Source of the DNA: Candidatus Krumholzibacteriia bacterium
GTDB taxonomy: Bacteria; Krumholzibacteriota; Krumholzibacteriia; JAJRXK01
Reading direction: 5' to 3'
Length of the DNA: 64,000 nt
NCBI GenBank assembly: GCA_041484665.1
Contig: JBGPIA010000002.1
Span: 512,001-576,000 of the forward strand
Shown here: piece after piece, positions 32,696-43,030 of the stretch
Layout: each line of letters opens with the position of its first letter
Position numbering within the stretch: position 1 is the stretch's first letter
Notes under the pieces: model-generated
Told to the model about the DNA's origin: nothing
Database searches by the model: none
Seen by the model: the letters and a program-made list of their open reading frames with translations, nothing else
Made by a program: the position numbers and the translations under genes

Positions 32696-34054
32696 CTACT
32701 TCCGCTCCACGAGCGTGACCTTCACCGTTTTGCGCTCTTGCCCGCGCAAGAAGACCACCTCCACCTCGTCGCCCGGGGCGTAGCGCTTCATGGCATCGGA
32801 GTAGTCCGTCAGAGTGTCGACGGGCGTGCCGCCGAACTCCACGAGAATGTCGCCAGCCTCCAGTCCGGCCTGCTCGGCGGGGCTTCCCGGCAAGACTCCC
32901 GCGAGTAGCACGCCCCCGGATTCGCGCTGGAAATCGGGAATCGACCCGAAGCTGACGCGCCGGCGACTCGCTCCCGTTGCGCCTTTGGTCTGCGCCTCTG
33001 CGGCCGCGTGCGCCGCGGCCTTTGCCGCGCCCTCGGGCACGAAGCTCAGCGGACGGTCACGGTCGGCGAGGTAGCGCGCCAGCTCGGTGGTGAACTCCGC
33101 GATCTTCGCAAGTCCCTCCACATCGATCTTGTCCGGCGTATCGCTGGGCCGGTGGTAGTCCGGGTTGGCGCCGGTGAACAGCTGCACGGCCGGAACGCCC
33201 TTGGCCAGAAACGACAGGTCGTCGCTGCCCATCGAGCTGCGCAAGATGAGCTGCAGGTCGAACCGGAAGCCGACGTTGACGCCTTTGACGACATTCTCCA
33301 GCTCGGCGGCGGTGCCCACTCCGAACACCGTGAGTCGGTCGTGGGTCAGTCGGCCGACGGTGTCGAGGTTGATCATCGCGATCGCCTCGTTGAGCGGCCG
33401 CACGGGGTGCTCGGCGTAGTACTGGCTGCCCAGGCGCCCCTGCTCCTCGCCACCGAACAGCACGAGCACGATGTCGTGCAGGTGATTGGTCGAGCCTTGC
33501 CGCGCTACCTCCAGCAGCGCGGCGGCGCCGGAGGCGTTGTCGTCCGCGCCGGGATACAGCTCCCCCGCGTTGGGGTCGCCAGGCTGGCCGATGCCCAGAT
33601 GATCGTAGTGCGCTCCGACCAGTACGTGCGCCTTGTCCGCGTAGTGCCCCGCTCCGCGCGAGATCGCGACCAGGTTGATCACGGTGTCTCCCGCCACCGA
33701 AACGAACGTCTGGCGGTAACCATCCGTACCCGCGGGCGCGGGCGCCGACGTCCGCAGCCGTGTCTCCAGGTGCGCGATCGCCCTGCGCAGCCCGCTGCTC
33801 CCCGCTCCCCTCCCCTCCATCGCCGGCGATGCCAGCGTCTGCACTTCCACCCGCAGGATCTGGACGGAGAGCGGGGCGGCTGGCGGAGCCGGCAGAACCT
33901 GCGCAGGCGGTAAAGCCTGTGGATCAGGGGCGGCGCTCGCGGCCGCGTTGCAGAGCGCTACCGACAGCGCCGCGCCCAGCGCCGGGCGTCGCCACGCGCG
34001 ATGGCGCCGGGACCGGTGCCGCGTACGCACGGGAGTGCAGGTCGAGTGGTGCAC
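32696..34054 (-). CDS. M28 peptidase with C-terminal PDZ domain
   Basis: GAHYDHLG, PGADDNASG, GEEQG, NLDTVGR, YHRPSD; GSPAEQAGLEAGD; GTG start with GGAGGA RBS. Confidence 0.88.
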   Translation of the reverse strand: MHHSTCTPVRTRHRSRRHRAWRRPALGAALSVALCNAAASAAPDPQALPPAQVLPAPPAAPLSVQILRVEVQTLASPAMEGRGAGSSGLRRAIAHLETRLRTSAPAPAGTDGYRQTFVSVAGDTVINLVAISRGAGHYADKAHVLVGAHYDHLGIGQPGDPNAGELYPGADDNASGAAALLEVARQGSTNHLHDIVLVLFGGEEQGRLGSQYYAEHPVRPLNEAIAMINLDTVGRLTHDRLTVFGVGTAAELENVVKGVNVGFRFDLQLILRSSMGSDDLSFLAKGVPAVQLFTGANPDYHRPSDTPDKIDVEGLAKIAEFTTELARYLADRDRPLSFVPEGAAKAAAHAAAEAQTKGATGASRRRVSFGSIPDFQRESGGVLLAGVLPGSPAEQAGLEAGDILVEFGGTPVDTLTDYSDAMKRYAPGDEVEVVFLRGQERKTVKVTLVERK

Positions 34055-34095
34055 GAGATCCTCCGTTGTCCGGTGTGACGTTCGCACGCTCCGCG

Positions 34096-36363
34096 CTAGC
34101 GTCCGCCGGGCGGCGCGCCAGCCGACCTGGACGCGACGTTCAGCCGCAGCGGCGATGCGAGCACGGTCCACACGCCCTTGTCGGTGTTCTGCTCGCCGTT
34201 GAACACCAGGTAGCTGTACTTGCCATAGTGCGGGAGCTTGCGGCCGAGCGTGGCGACGACGTCGGGACCCGCTGGCAGGACGACGGTCCAGGCGAGCCGA
34301 GCATCCTGGGGGTCGCGCACCGTGGCCACCACGCTGGCCCCCGCAGCGCGGCCCTGCTGCCGCAACCTCCCCAGCGCGTCGCCGTACAGCCGCGCGCCCA
34401 GCTCGAGCGCGCGATCAGCCAACGCGCCCGGCCCCAGCAGGTAGAGCGCGCGGCCGGACCGCCCCGCGTCGGTGACCTCCTGCTCGTCCACAACCTTCAT
34501 GTTCTGGTTCGCCGACCATTCCTTGCCCAGCGCGCGCAGGGCGGCGGCCAGCGGCGCGGGCGCCCGGCTGCCGATGATCGCCAAGGTCGAGTCCGCCCCC
34601 AGCGTCTGGCTCAGCGCCGGCGGGATCTCCTCGCGATAGAGACGCCGGAACACGTCGTACTCGGGATCGACTGTCACCTGCGTGGCGGCTCTCGCCAGCC
34701 GCAGCTCGACGGATGCTCCGGTCAGGGTGGCGACCAGCGTCGTCTCGGCCGCCGCCCCCACGCGGGCGGTCCCGGCTGCGCCCCCCGCGAGCGTGAAGCG
34801 CACCGGCACCTGCAGGTCGTAGAACGGCTCCACCTGGCGCAGCCGCACGATGCACTCGTCGGCCCCCTGCGAGCCCAGCTCGGCAGAGAGCTGCGCGGCC
34901 CCCGGCCGGCCGATCCACGCCTCGAACCAGTCCGCCAGCTTCTGCCCGCTCGCTCGCTCGAAGCTCGCCACGAGGTCGTCCCAGCTCGCCGCGCGGAATC
35001 TGAAGTCGGTGTACAAGCGCCGCAGCCCCGCATCGAACGCCGCGTCGCCCAGTTTGCGGCGGAGCATATGGAAGACCATCATCGTCTTGCCGTAGCCGAT
35101 GGCCTGGGTGCTGAAGCTCTCCCGCTCGCGGAACTCGCGCAGCGGGAAGTCGCGGCCGCCGCCAACCGCGTAGTCGAGATACCCCTGCAGTTGCGTCAGC
35201 CGGTACTCGCGCGCGGGCGCCGGGCCTTCGCGCTCCTTGTAGAGATAATCGGCCTGGTAGGTCGTCAGGCCCTCGCACCAGTTGCCCTGCTGGTAGTCCA
35301 CGAACACGCCATTGCCCCACCAGTTGTGCAGGATCTCGTGTCCGAAGCTGGTGTGAACGATGAACGGCAGCCGGATCACCTTGTCGCCGAGCAGCGTGAA
35401 CGACGGCATGCCGTAGCCGCTCTGCCACCAGTTCTCCACCAGCGCGAACTTGGCGAAGGGGTACGTCCCGATCCGTCCCTGGTAGAGATCGAGGTACTCA
35501 GCGGCCGCCTTCAAATAGCTCTGGCAGAGGTCCGCGGGGGTGTCGGCATAGGTAAAGGTATACAGCGTGACCGGGCCGTGGGGATCCTGACGCACGATGT
35601 AGGGCCCGGCCACCAGGTAGACCTCCACCATGGGGGCAGGCTCGTTCCACACGCTGTACGTCAGCGCCTCACCGTCTTTGCCATGGCCGGTGCGCCGCCC
35701 CTGGCTGACCGTCTCCCAACCCGGCGGCGCGCGCGTGGTCAGCGTGAACGTGAACGGGTCCTCGCCGCTCCAGGGGACCCAGAAGCTCTTCGCCTCCAGG
35801 TACACGCCGCGCTCGGTGATCAGGCCGCGCGTGGTCTCGAAGCCGGGCGCATACGCGACCTTGGGTGCCTTGAGGCTATCGAGGATCGCACCCGCATAGC
35901 GCAGGGTCAGTACGGGGTGCTTTGACCACCCGTCCGGCGGCGCCGCGACCTCGAGCTCGTGCGCGAGATCGTACTCGGCGAGCTGTTCGTAGTCGGGCTT
36001 GGCCCAGAAATGGCGCGGATCGAAGCCGTCGCGCACCGCAACGCTCACCGGCTTTCCGTCCAGGTCTGCGCGCGTCAGGCACAGGCTGCGGTGCAGCAGC
36101 ACGCGCAGCGGCGCCCGGCGGTCGCGCGGGGGCGACATGAGGACGGTGTCGATCACCGACAACGAGGACGTCGACGGATCCAGACGCGCGTCGATGGCGT
36201 GGTGCAGGATGGGCCATCCGGGTCCAGCCGCCCGGGCCACGGGCGGCCGGGTGCCGCATAGAACGATGCCTGCAGCGATCAGCAGCGCGCACGCGCGCGT
36301 CGATGGGGGCTTGCGCGCGCGCCAAAGACCGTTGCCTGCGGAAGGCCGTTGCCTCGGATGCAT
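34096..36363 (-). CDS. M1-family aminopeptidase-like protein
   Basis: HEILHNWWGN...NWCEGLTTY, GYGK; signal peptide; GYGMP in place of GAMEN. Confidence 0.85.
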   Translation of the reverse strand: MHPRQRPSAGNGLWRARKPPSTRACALLIAAGIVLCGTRPPVARAAGPGWPILHHAIDARLDPSTSSLSVIDTVLMSPPRDRRAPLRVLLHRSLCLTRADLDGKPVSVAVRDGFDPRHFWAKPDYEQLAEYDLAHELEVAAPPDGWSKHPVLTLRYAGAILDSLKAPKVAYAPGFETTRGLITERGVYLEAKSFWVPWSGEDPFTFTLTTRAPPGWETVSQGRRTGHGKDGEALTYSVWNEPAPMVEVYLVAGPYIVRQDPHGPVTLYTFTYADTPADLCQSYLKAAAEYLDLYQGRIGTYPFAKFALVENWWQSGYGMPSFTLLGDKVIRLPFIVHTSFGHEILHNWWGNGVFVDYQQGNWCEGLTTYQADYLYKEREGPAPAREYRLTQLQGYLDYAVGGGRDFPLREFRERESFSTQAIGYGKTMMVFHMLRRKLGDAAFDAGLRRLYTDFRFRAASWDDLVASFERASGQKLADWFEAWIGRPGAAQLSAELGSQGADECIVRLRQVEPFYDLQVPVRFTLAGGAAGTARVGAAAETTLVATLTGASVELRLARAATQVTVDPEYDVFRRLYREEIPPALSQTLGADSTLAIIGSRAPAPLAAALRALGKEWSANQNMKVVDEQEVTDAGRSGRALYLLGPGALADRALELGARLYGDALGRLRQQGRAAGASVVATVRDPQDARLAWTVVLPAGPDVVATLGRKLPHYGKYSYLVFNGEQNTDKGVWTVLASPLRLNVASRSAGAPPGGR

Positions 36364-36516
36364 TCCCCACCTCCCGGGTCGTCACCGAGACGATGCCCCC
36401 GGCGGCGGCGGCTGTCCAGCCCGACGCGCCGGCGGCCGTGCGGCCCAGCGCACGCACCGTGAGCCCGGGGCGTGGGGGCCGGCGCCGGTCGTCGCCGCGA
36501 ACCAGGCGCGACCGGC

Positions 36517-37527
36517 TCAGTGGGAGGCGGGTTTGGGATCGACGCGGACGATCTGCTCTTCCTCGTAATGGGCCTTGGGCCCGTCCGCGGTGTTCATCGG
36601 CAGCTCGTAGGCGCGCTTGGCGTGCTCGTAGATCAGGTCACCGGTGTCCGGGTCGATGACCCGCACCACGTTCCCCGTGAGCACGATGTTGCTGCGCGTC
36701 GCCTGCTGGTCCTTCAGGCGGTCGATGGCGCGCGCGGGCTTGCCGACGAGCTTGGCCACGGCGGCCGCGGTGGTATCGTAGTCGTACTCCACCTTGTAGC
36801 CACGCCGGCCGTTGAGCTCGGTCCAGCCTCCGAAACGCATCACGCCCCTGACCAGCAGCTGGGCCGATCCCACCGTTATGGCCTCCGTCACCACCCACTG
36901 GTCACCGGTCGCCACGCGCGCGCCGATCAGGTCGGCGAGCGGCTTGTTCCACTGGGCGATCTCCATGCGCTCCATCGAGTCGGCGCTGTAGGATTTCGCC
37001 AGGCGGTTGTACATCTCGGGCGGGAGGTTCTTCTCGTACTTGCGCTCTAGCTCGCGGAAACCCTCGATGCGCTCCGCGACCCCCGTGGCGTTCAGGTGGA
37101 CCTTGAGCGTGTGCCCGAGGTTCTGCTTCATCGCGGGGTTGGTCATCTCTTCGCCGTTGAGCGACATCTCGCCCTCGAAGGGCGTCTGCTGCACGATCCA
37201 GCCGAGGTCGGGCTGGCGCTGGTAACGCAGCTCGATCCGCACCGTGGTCTGCTGCTCGCGGCGGTCGCCGGGCACCGTGGGATCGGGAGAGACACGCCGG
37301 TCGCTGAGGTCCCGGATCCAGACCGAGGCGTCCTTGGGCGCGAAGCGGAAGCGCACCGACTCGGGCTCCGCGGCCTGCGGCGCGGGCGTGGACGCGGCGG
37401 CGGTCGCAGGCTCGGCCCCCAAAGCTGCGGCGCCGCGAACAGCGGCGCCGAGGATCGCGCACGCCACGATGGCGTACGGGGGGCTGCCGCAGGCAATCAT
37501 CGACCGTCTGAATCCCCATCCATGCAT
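36517..37527 (-). CDS. Hypothetical exported protein
   Basis: Signal-like N-terminus, typical codon usage, no recognised motif; start uncertain. Confidence 0.6.
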   Translation of the reverse strand: MHGWGFRRSMIACGSPPYAIVACAILGAAVRGAAALGAEPATAAASTPAPQAAEPESVRFRFAPKDASVWIRDLSDRRVSPDPTVPGDRREQQTTVRIELRYQRQPDLGWIVQQTPFEGEMSLNGEEMTNPAMKQNLGHTLKVHLNATGVAERIEGFRELERKYEKNLPPEMYNRLAKSYSADSMERMEIAQWNKPLADLIGARVATGDQWVVTEAITVGSAQLLVRGVMRFGGWTELNGRRGYKVEYDYDTTAAAVAKLVGKPARAIDRLKDQQATRSNIVLTGNVVRVIDPDTGDLIYEHAKRAYELPMNTADGPKAHYEEEQIVRVDPKPASH

Positions 37528-37767
37528 CGAGCTCTCCCTGGACGAGTCCCGCATCGCGGTGCTCCGGATTCCGCCCACCAGGGCGGGTGCGCGCGCCGCT
37601 TTGCGGGCGGCGGGGATGGCGGGCACGAGCTCCATGATAGTCGAAAGCTGGGACGGGCGCCGACCTGTGGCGCGACTCGGCGGGCGCGCCAACGCCGGCA
37701 GCGCGCGGGTGGGCGCGTGCGCGGCGGCCGCGTCCGGGCCATCGCGTGGGCGCCCACCGGCGAAGCG

Positions 37768-38481
37768 TCAGCGCGCCAGCGGCACGAGCACCTGGCTCAG
37801 CGCGCGGCGCTGATCCGGGAGCACGCATCCGCCCAACAGCGCGTCGGCGGACCAGCGTCCGAACACCAGGTCGGTGAGCCGCCCCCCCACCTGCTGGCAC
37901 GGCAGGTCGACCAACCGCGGTGGGCCCAACGGCACCTCGGCGGTCGCGTCGTCGCCCAGCCCCCACTCCGCGTGCGCCAGGAGCACCGGCTCCGCCACCG
38001 TCATCGCCTCCTGGCAGGAAAGCTCCGCCGCGGACCAGACGATCTCGCAGGCCAGGGCGCCGGCAGCGTCGAGCAGCGTGCACTCGCCCGTGGCCCGCGT
38101 GAGGTGCGTGGCGAAGCGCAGCAGGGTCTCCATGCGCTCGAGCCCCACCGCTGGGACGCGCGCCTGCGCCGGCAGCAGCCCTCCACGCGGGCCAAGATCG
38201 CCCCGGCGCACGGGGATGAACCAGACCGGCAGCAGCACCAGACGGCCGACGTCGGGCAACGGGAGGCGGGGCCGCGCGATCACGCGCGGGACCTCCACCA
38301 TCGACGGGGCGCGTCCCGTTGCCTGCGCGTCCACCGGCACGGTGCTCGTCCGATGGCACGCGTCGCACACGAAGATCCGCCGCCCGGCAGCCGTTGGTAG
38401 CGCGGCTCCGCAAGCGGGGCAGGTCAACGACAACAGATCCACGGCGCTCCTCTCCACGAGCCCAGGCGATCCGATGGACAC
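37768..38481 (-). CDS. Zinc-ribbon protein (YdjG-like paralog 3)
   Basis: CPACG...CDACH; LLPVWF motif. Confidence 0.6.
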   Translation of the reverse strand: MSIGSPGLVERSAVDLLSLTCPACGAALPTAAGRRIFVCDACHRTSTVPVDAQATGRAPSMVEVPRVIARPRLPLPDVGRLVLLPVWFIPVRRGDLGPRGGLLPAQARVPAVGLERMETLLRFATHLTRATGECTLLDAAGALACEIVWSAAELSCQEAMTVAEPVLLAHAEWGLGDDATAEVPLGPPRLVDLPCQQVGGRLTDLVFGRWSADALLGGCVLPDQRRALSQVLVPLAR

Positions 38482-38500
38482 GGCCTCACGCGGCGCGCAT

Positions 38501-39520
38501 CTACGGTGCCAGCTCGCCGACCTGGGCCGATCCGGCGCCCAGCTCCTCGCTCAGCCACCCGCCCAGCCCGACGCGACCACGTGTGCTACCGCGCGCGCGC
38601 AGCCGCAGCAGCACCCACGCCAGGAACCCCGACACCGCCAGTGCAGGATGCACCCCCATCAGGAAGCCGGCCAACGCCGCGGCCAGCAGCCACGCTGCGG
38701 TGCGGTCGGGGGTGCGCAGCGGCCGTGTGCCCGCGAGCAGACGCCCGCGCAGCGCGTCGATGCACGCCACGTGCAGCACGCCCGCGCTGCGGTAGCTGAC
38801 CCGGTAGATGGGGTAGTAGATGAGCGACGCCTGCGCCCGCAGCAGGTCCAGTCGCTGGCGGACGTCCAGCGCTCCGCGCGGGACCACGCGGGCGCAATGG
38901 TAGAGGCGCAGCGCCCGTTTGGCCGCGCTGAGCGGATGGACCACGGCGCATGCGATCTCGTCCCCACGCAACCGGTCGAGGTCGAGCGGTCGCAGCTGCA
39001 GGGTCGCGACGCGATCGGCAATGCCCGCCAGCCCGAAGTCGCGCGCGTCGCACGCGGGGCTCGACCAGGTCACGTCGCGCGCGACGACCTCCTCGACCCG
39101 GTCCTCGGGCGGCAGCTCCGACTTGGCTGGAGCCTGCTCCGCTGCGAGGCCCGGCGCGTGCGGCGGGCGCTCGCGGCGGACGCGGTAGCGCTGCCAGCCG
39201 ACCAACTTTCCCTGCAGCTCCCAGAACGGGAGATAGAACAGCTGCACGCTCTCGATCGCATAGCCGTGGACACCGCGCGCCGACAACAGCGCCGCCACAG
39301 CGCTCGCCGCCCGGCGCCGTCCGATGCGCCCCGCGGGGACGTGGGCCGCCACGCCCGAATCGCTGCGGCGCAGGCACTCGTAGCCGCAATACGAGCAGCG
39401 CAGCCGCGCCGGATCGCCGTCCACGGTTGCGAGCCCCCCGCCGCAACGCGGGCAGCCCAGGCCTAGCGCACGGACGGCCCTGGCCGCCTGACCGCCGCCC
39501 TCCGCCTGCGGCGCGCTCAC
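38501..39520 (-). CDS. Zinc-ribbon membrane protein (YdjG-like paralog 2)
   Basis: CPRCG...CSYCG; FYLPFW and YYPIY motifs; two C-terminal TM; GTGA overlap with upstream stop. Confidence 0.65.
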   Translation of the reverse strand: MSAPQAEGGGQAARAVRALGLGCPRCGGGLATVDGDPARLRCSYCGYECLRRSDSGVAAHVPAGRIGRRRAASAVAALLSARGVHGYAIESVQLFYLPFWELQGKLVGWQRYRVRRERPPHAPGLAAEQAPAKSELPPEDRVEEVVARDVTWSSPACDARDFGLAGIADRVATLQLRPLDLDRLRGDEIACAVVHPLSAAKRALRLYHCARVVPRGALDVRQRLDLLRAQASLIYYPIYRVSYRSAGVLHVACIDALRGRLLAGTRPLRTPDRTAAWLLAAALAGFLMGVHPALAVSGFLAWVLLRLRARGSTRGRVGLGGWLSEELGAGSAQVGELAP

Positions 39521-40272
39521 AGGCTCCTTCGGCCGGCACGCGAGGCCAGGAGCCCCGCACCGAGCAAGCACCCGCCGGCCGCCGCACGCCAGGCCGGATC
39601 GTGCACCGCCACTCCGGCGAGCAGCGAGAGCGTCAGGAAGGCCGCGAGGAACTGCACGCGTCGACCGTCCACCGGCGGCTGGAGGGCCGCGTCGGGCAGC
39701 GGCTCCAGCAGCACGCGCTCGGCCCCCGCCAGGTAGAACCCGCGCACCGTGGCCCCGGAGGTCTCCACGGTGAGTGGCGCCACCGACAGCCACACCAACC
39801 GCGCAGCCTCGATGGGCGCCTCGGGCTCCTCGAACGCGGCGCGCGCGGCCGCCAGAGCGTGCGGCAGATCGACGCCAGGTTGCGGCAGCGGCTCCAGACC
39901 GGCTGCGCGCGGATCGCCGCGCTGGACCAGCGGCGCCGCCGGCAGCCGCAGCAGGCGAGCGCCGGGCAGCGCATCCGCGGGCGCGGGCAGCACGTGCTCC
40001 TCACCCGCCCGCGAGACGATCTGCCACATGGCCACGCTGCGCGGCGGTTCGACATGGATGCGGAATCGGCGCGCGCCGGCCAGCAGCAGCGCGCGACGCG
40101 CCTGGTCCTGCGCGGCGACGGGCGATGCGATCAGGGGGACGACGAGCTCCTCGACCCCCGGGCTGCCCGAGACCTCGGCCAGCCCCTGGCAGTAGTCGCA
40201 GGTGAAGCGCGTGAGCGAAGCGGCGATGCGATGGGGCGCGCCGCAGCGCGGACAGCAGACCAGCACCGCCAC
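39517..40272 (-). CDS. Zinc-ribbon membrane protein (YdjG-like paralog 1)
   Basis: CPRCG...CDYCQ; two C-terminal TM segments. Confidence 0.6.
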   Translation of the reverse strand: MAVLVCCPRCGAPHRIAASLTRFTCDYCQGLAEVSGSPGVEELVVPLIASPVAAQDQARRALLLAGARRFRIHVEPPRSVAMWQIVSRAGEEHVLPAPADALPGARLLRLPAAPLVQRGDPRAAGLEPLPQPGVDLPHALAAARAAFEEPEAPIEAARLVWLSVAPLTVETSGATVRGFYLAGAERVLLEPLPDAALQPPVDGRRVQFLAAFLTLSLLAGVAVHDPAWRAAAGGCLLGAGLLASRAGRRSL

Positions 40273-40278
40273 GGAGGA

Positions 40279-41421
40279 TCAACCTCCCGGCGTGCTCGCC
40301 GGTCCGGAGGGTCCCCGCCCCGGGGAGGGCGGCTTGTGCTCCGCAGGCCCGGCCGCGTGCGGCCCGGCCGGCGCGGCACAGGCGGGACAGAACCGCGCTC
40401 CCGGCGGAAGGACCGCCGCACAGTCGACGCAGCGCGCCGGCGCTGTGGTGCTTGCGGCCGCGGCTGCCGACGCGTCGAGGCGGCCGCCGCAGGCGCTGCA
40501 GTAGCGCCCTGCGAGCACTCTCGCTCCACACGCTCCGCATCCCACAAGTCCGGTCGCGCCCACGCCCTGGGCGACCATGCCGGGCACCAGCAGTCCCAGC
40601 CCCAGCCCCACGCTCGCGTCCAGCGCCGCGCCGGTCGTGCCGCCGCCGGGCGAGCCCGCCCCGGCGCCGCCGGGCAGTTTCCCGATCGCGCGTGCGAGCT
40701 GGTACTGCATGTAGGTGGGCATGTCCTTCACCAGGGCGAGGCTGCCCTGGGAGTCGACCATCGCCTGGACCTCCTCGGGGGGGGTGATCGAGGTGACGTA
40801 GAGATCGCTGAGATGCAGGCCGTGCTTCTCGAAGTCGCCGGCGAGCCGGCCCAGCAGCGCGTGCCCCAGCTCGTCGTAGATCGCTGGCAGGTCCAGCACG
40901 CTGGTCAGCGTCTCGCCGATGTAGTCATTGAGTCGGGCCACGATCACGTCGCGCAGGAACTCCGTGGCATCGCTCGTGGCATAGGTGCCGCGCGTGCCCA
41001 CCATCGCGTGGATGAAGCGCTCGGCGTCGGCCACGGCGAACGTGATCTGCCCGTGAGCGCGCAGCCGCACGTGCCCGAGCTGCTGGTCCTTGAAAATGAC
41101 CGGCTCCCGCGTGCCCCACTTGAGGTTGGTGAACGTCTTGCGATTGACGAAGTAGACTTCGCAACGGAACGGGCTCTTGAACCCCCAGGGCAGGCTGAGG
41201 GCGGCCGTCAACAGCGGGAGGTTCTTCGAGTTCAGGGTGGCGCGCCCGGCCCGGAATCGGTCGTGGGCCTTGCCGCCACAGAAGAAGATCGCCTCCTGGC
41301 TCTCCCGGACGATGAGCTGGGCGCCGAGCTTGATGTCGGCCGAGCCCTCCGGCGGCAGGCGGTGGACCATCTCCTCGCCTGTCTCGTCGAACCACTCCAG
41401 GATCTCAAGGAATGCCGACAT
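40279..41421 (-). CDS. SPFH-domain protein (YdjI-like) with C-terminal double zinc ribbon
   Basis: GAQLIVRESQEAIF, SPFRCEVYFVN, KWGT, ITPPEEVQ; CGAC/CSAC and CVDC/CPAC; GGAGGA RBS. Confidence 0.88.
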   Translation of the reverse strand: MSAFLEILEWFDETGEEMVHRLPPEGSADIKLGAQLIVRESQEAIFFCGGKAHDRFRAGRATLNSKNLPLLTAALSLPWGFKSPFRCEVYFVNRKTFTNLKWGTREPVIFKDQQLGHVRLRAHGQITFAVADAERFIHAMVGTRGTYATSDATEFLRDVIVARLNDYIGETLTSVLDLPAIYDELGHALLGRLAGDFEKHGLHLSDLYVTSITPPEEVQAMVDSQGSLALVKDMPTYMQYQLARAIGKLPGGAGAGSPGGGTTGAALDASVGLGLGLLVPGMVAQGVGATGLVGCGACGARVLAGRYCSACGGRLDASAAAAASTTAPARCVDCAAVLPPGARFCPACAAPAGPHAAGPAEHKPPSPGRGPSGPASTPGG

Positions 41422-41510
41422 CGCTCCTCCCAGGGGCGTGCTGCTTCGCATCGTGTCCGCGGAGGGTGGACGAGGGCGGATCACGGCGCAGGGTATCCGG
41501 CGACGGAGGC

Positions 41511-41526
41511 TGCAAGCCATGTGCCG
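41511..41526 (-). promoter_or_regulatory. Sigma54-type -24/-12 promoter for the SPFH operon
   Basis: CGGCACATGGCTTGCA (GG-N10-GC, GGCAC-N5-TTGCA) about 90 nt upstream of the ATG. Confidence 0.6.
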
Positions 41527-41622
41527 CGGCCGGGCGCGCGCTGGAGGGCCCGGGCAGGCCGAGCTGGGCAACCGGAGGCGGGCCTTACCGGGAGCAGGCC
41601 GCTGGTCGCCGGCGGCAGGCGC

Positions 41623-42948
41623 TCACGGCGCGCCGAGCAGGACGATCGCGGAAGCGGAGAATGGCCAGACCCGCCAGGAGCGCAGGTCCGGGTTCTCGAT
41701 CGAGTTGAAACGGATCTCCTGGGTCACGGCCGCGGAGTCGTCGGGAGCGGCGGTGAGCAGGAAGCCCCAAAAGCACGCGGTGAAGTCGAGCGTCAGGCTG
41801 CCGGCACCGCCCGGGACACCCAGGAATCCGACGTTCTTCTGCCCCGCGGCCGCCAGCAGATTGCAGTGGTGCACGGTCGCCACGGCGGCGTCGCGCAGCA
41901 CCAGGCTGGTCGAGCCACTGGTGTCGAGATTGCAGGAGTCGATGTCCGCGCTGGCGGTCGCCGCCGCGGGAACCAGCGAGACGGCGGAGGCGCCGCTGCG
42001 CTTGATCGTGCACTCGCGCAACGTAAGCTGGGCGTCGCCCACGAAGACGCCAGGTCCGAAGGACTGATCGACCAGCGCGCGGCGTACCGTGACCGATGAG
42101 CCGTCGTTGAACTGCAGCCCCGTCCCGCACTGCACGATGCGGCAGCCGTAGACGCTCAGCGTGCCGTTGCCCCGGTGCTCCACGCCCAGGTCACCGCGCT
42201 CCACGCGGACGTAGGCCAGGGTGCCTGCACCACCCGGCACGAACTGGATTCCCTTGTGCAGGGTCTGCCCCACGGCGGGGGGGGTGGCGCCCTTGAACAC
42301 GATCTGTTGTGCCACCAGCGGTCCGCCCACCGCCACAAGTGTCCCCGCCACCCGCAGGCCGACCTTCTGGAGGGTGACCCCCACGAAGTACCTGCGCAGC
42401 AGCACCACCACACCCGGCTCGACGGTCAGCGTTTGCCCCGCCGGCACCACGACGTCGGAGGTGAACACGTAGGGGCTGTGCGCCGCACTCCATGCGCCGC
42501 CCGCGGCGAGCGTTCCGCCCACCGCAGTGCCGATGGTGATCGAGGCGTTGCTCGTGGCGCTGAGCGCGCCGTCGGAGGCCGTCACGACGATGACGTCGAC
42601 CCCGCTGCCGCCGCTGCCCGCCGTCCACGTCGTGGCCGCCCCGCTGGTCGTCGACAGCGTCCCGCCCGTGCTGGTGGTCAGGCTCCAGACGTAGGTCACG
42701 GTGTCGCCATCGGGATCCAGCGAAAGCGCGGTGAGGGCGACCTGCTCACCGGCGATCATCGCGAGCTGGGCGTAAACGGTGACCGTGGGCACGGCCGGGG
42801 CGCGGTTGGCGGGCGGGTTCGGCGGCTGCGTGGGACCGGAGTCGCCACCACCGCAACCGGCCAGGGCGCAGACGAGCGCAAGCCGGAGCACGGCGGCTGC
42901 GGCGGCGCCAGCGCTGCCCGCCACGCCGATCCTAGGATGTGCACGCAT
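41623..42948 (-). CDS. Lipoprotein with Ig-like domain and right-handed beta-helix repeats
   Basis: Lipobox LAGC; DPDGDTVTYVW; SPY...VVVPAGQTLTVEPG followed by beta-helix-like repeats. Confidence 0.7.
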   Translation of the reverse strand: MRAHPRIGVAGSAGAAAAAVLRLALVCALAGCGGGDSGPTQPPNPPANRAPAVPTVTVYAQLAMIAGEQVALTALSLDPDGDTVTYVWSLTTSTGGTLSTTSGAATTWTAGSGGSGVDVIVVTASDGALSATSNASITIGTAVGGTLAAGGAWSAAHSPYVFTSDVVVPAGQTLTVEPGVVVLLRRYFVGVTLQKVGLRVAGTLVAVGGPLVAQQIVFKGATPPAVGQTLHKGIQFVPGGAGTLAYVRVERGDLGVEHRGNGTLSVYGCRIVQCGTGLQFNDGSSVTVRRALVDQSFGPGVFVGDAQLTLRECTIKRSGASAVSLVPAAATASADIDSCNLDTSGSTSLVLRDAAVATVHHCNLLAAAGQKNVGFLGVPGGAGSLTLDFTACFWGFLLTAAPDDSAAVTQEIRFNSIENPDLRSWRVWPFSASAIVLLGAP

Positions 42949-43030
42949 CGTCAACCTGCCCGGTGGGTGGGAACACGCCGCGGCGTGGCGCCCGGCTCCG
43001 GGCGAAGCTACGCAGTGCCCGGGTGGAAGG

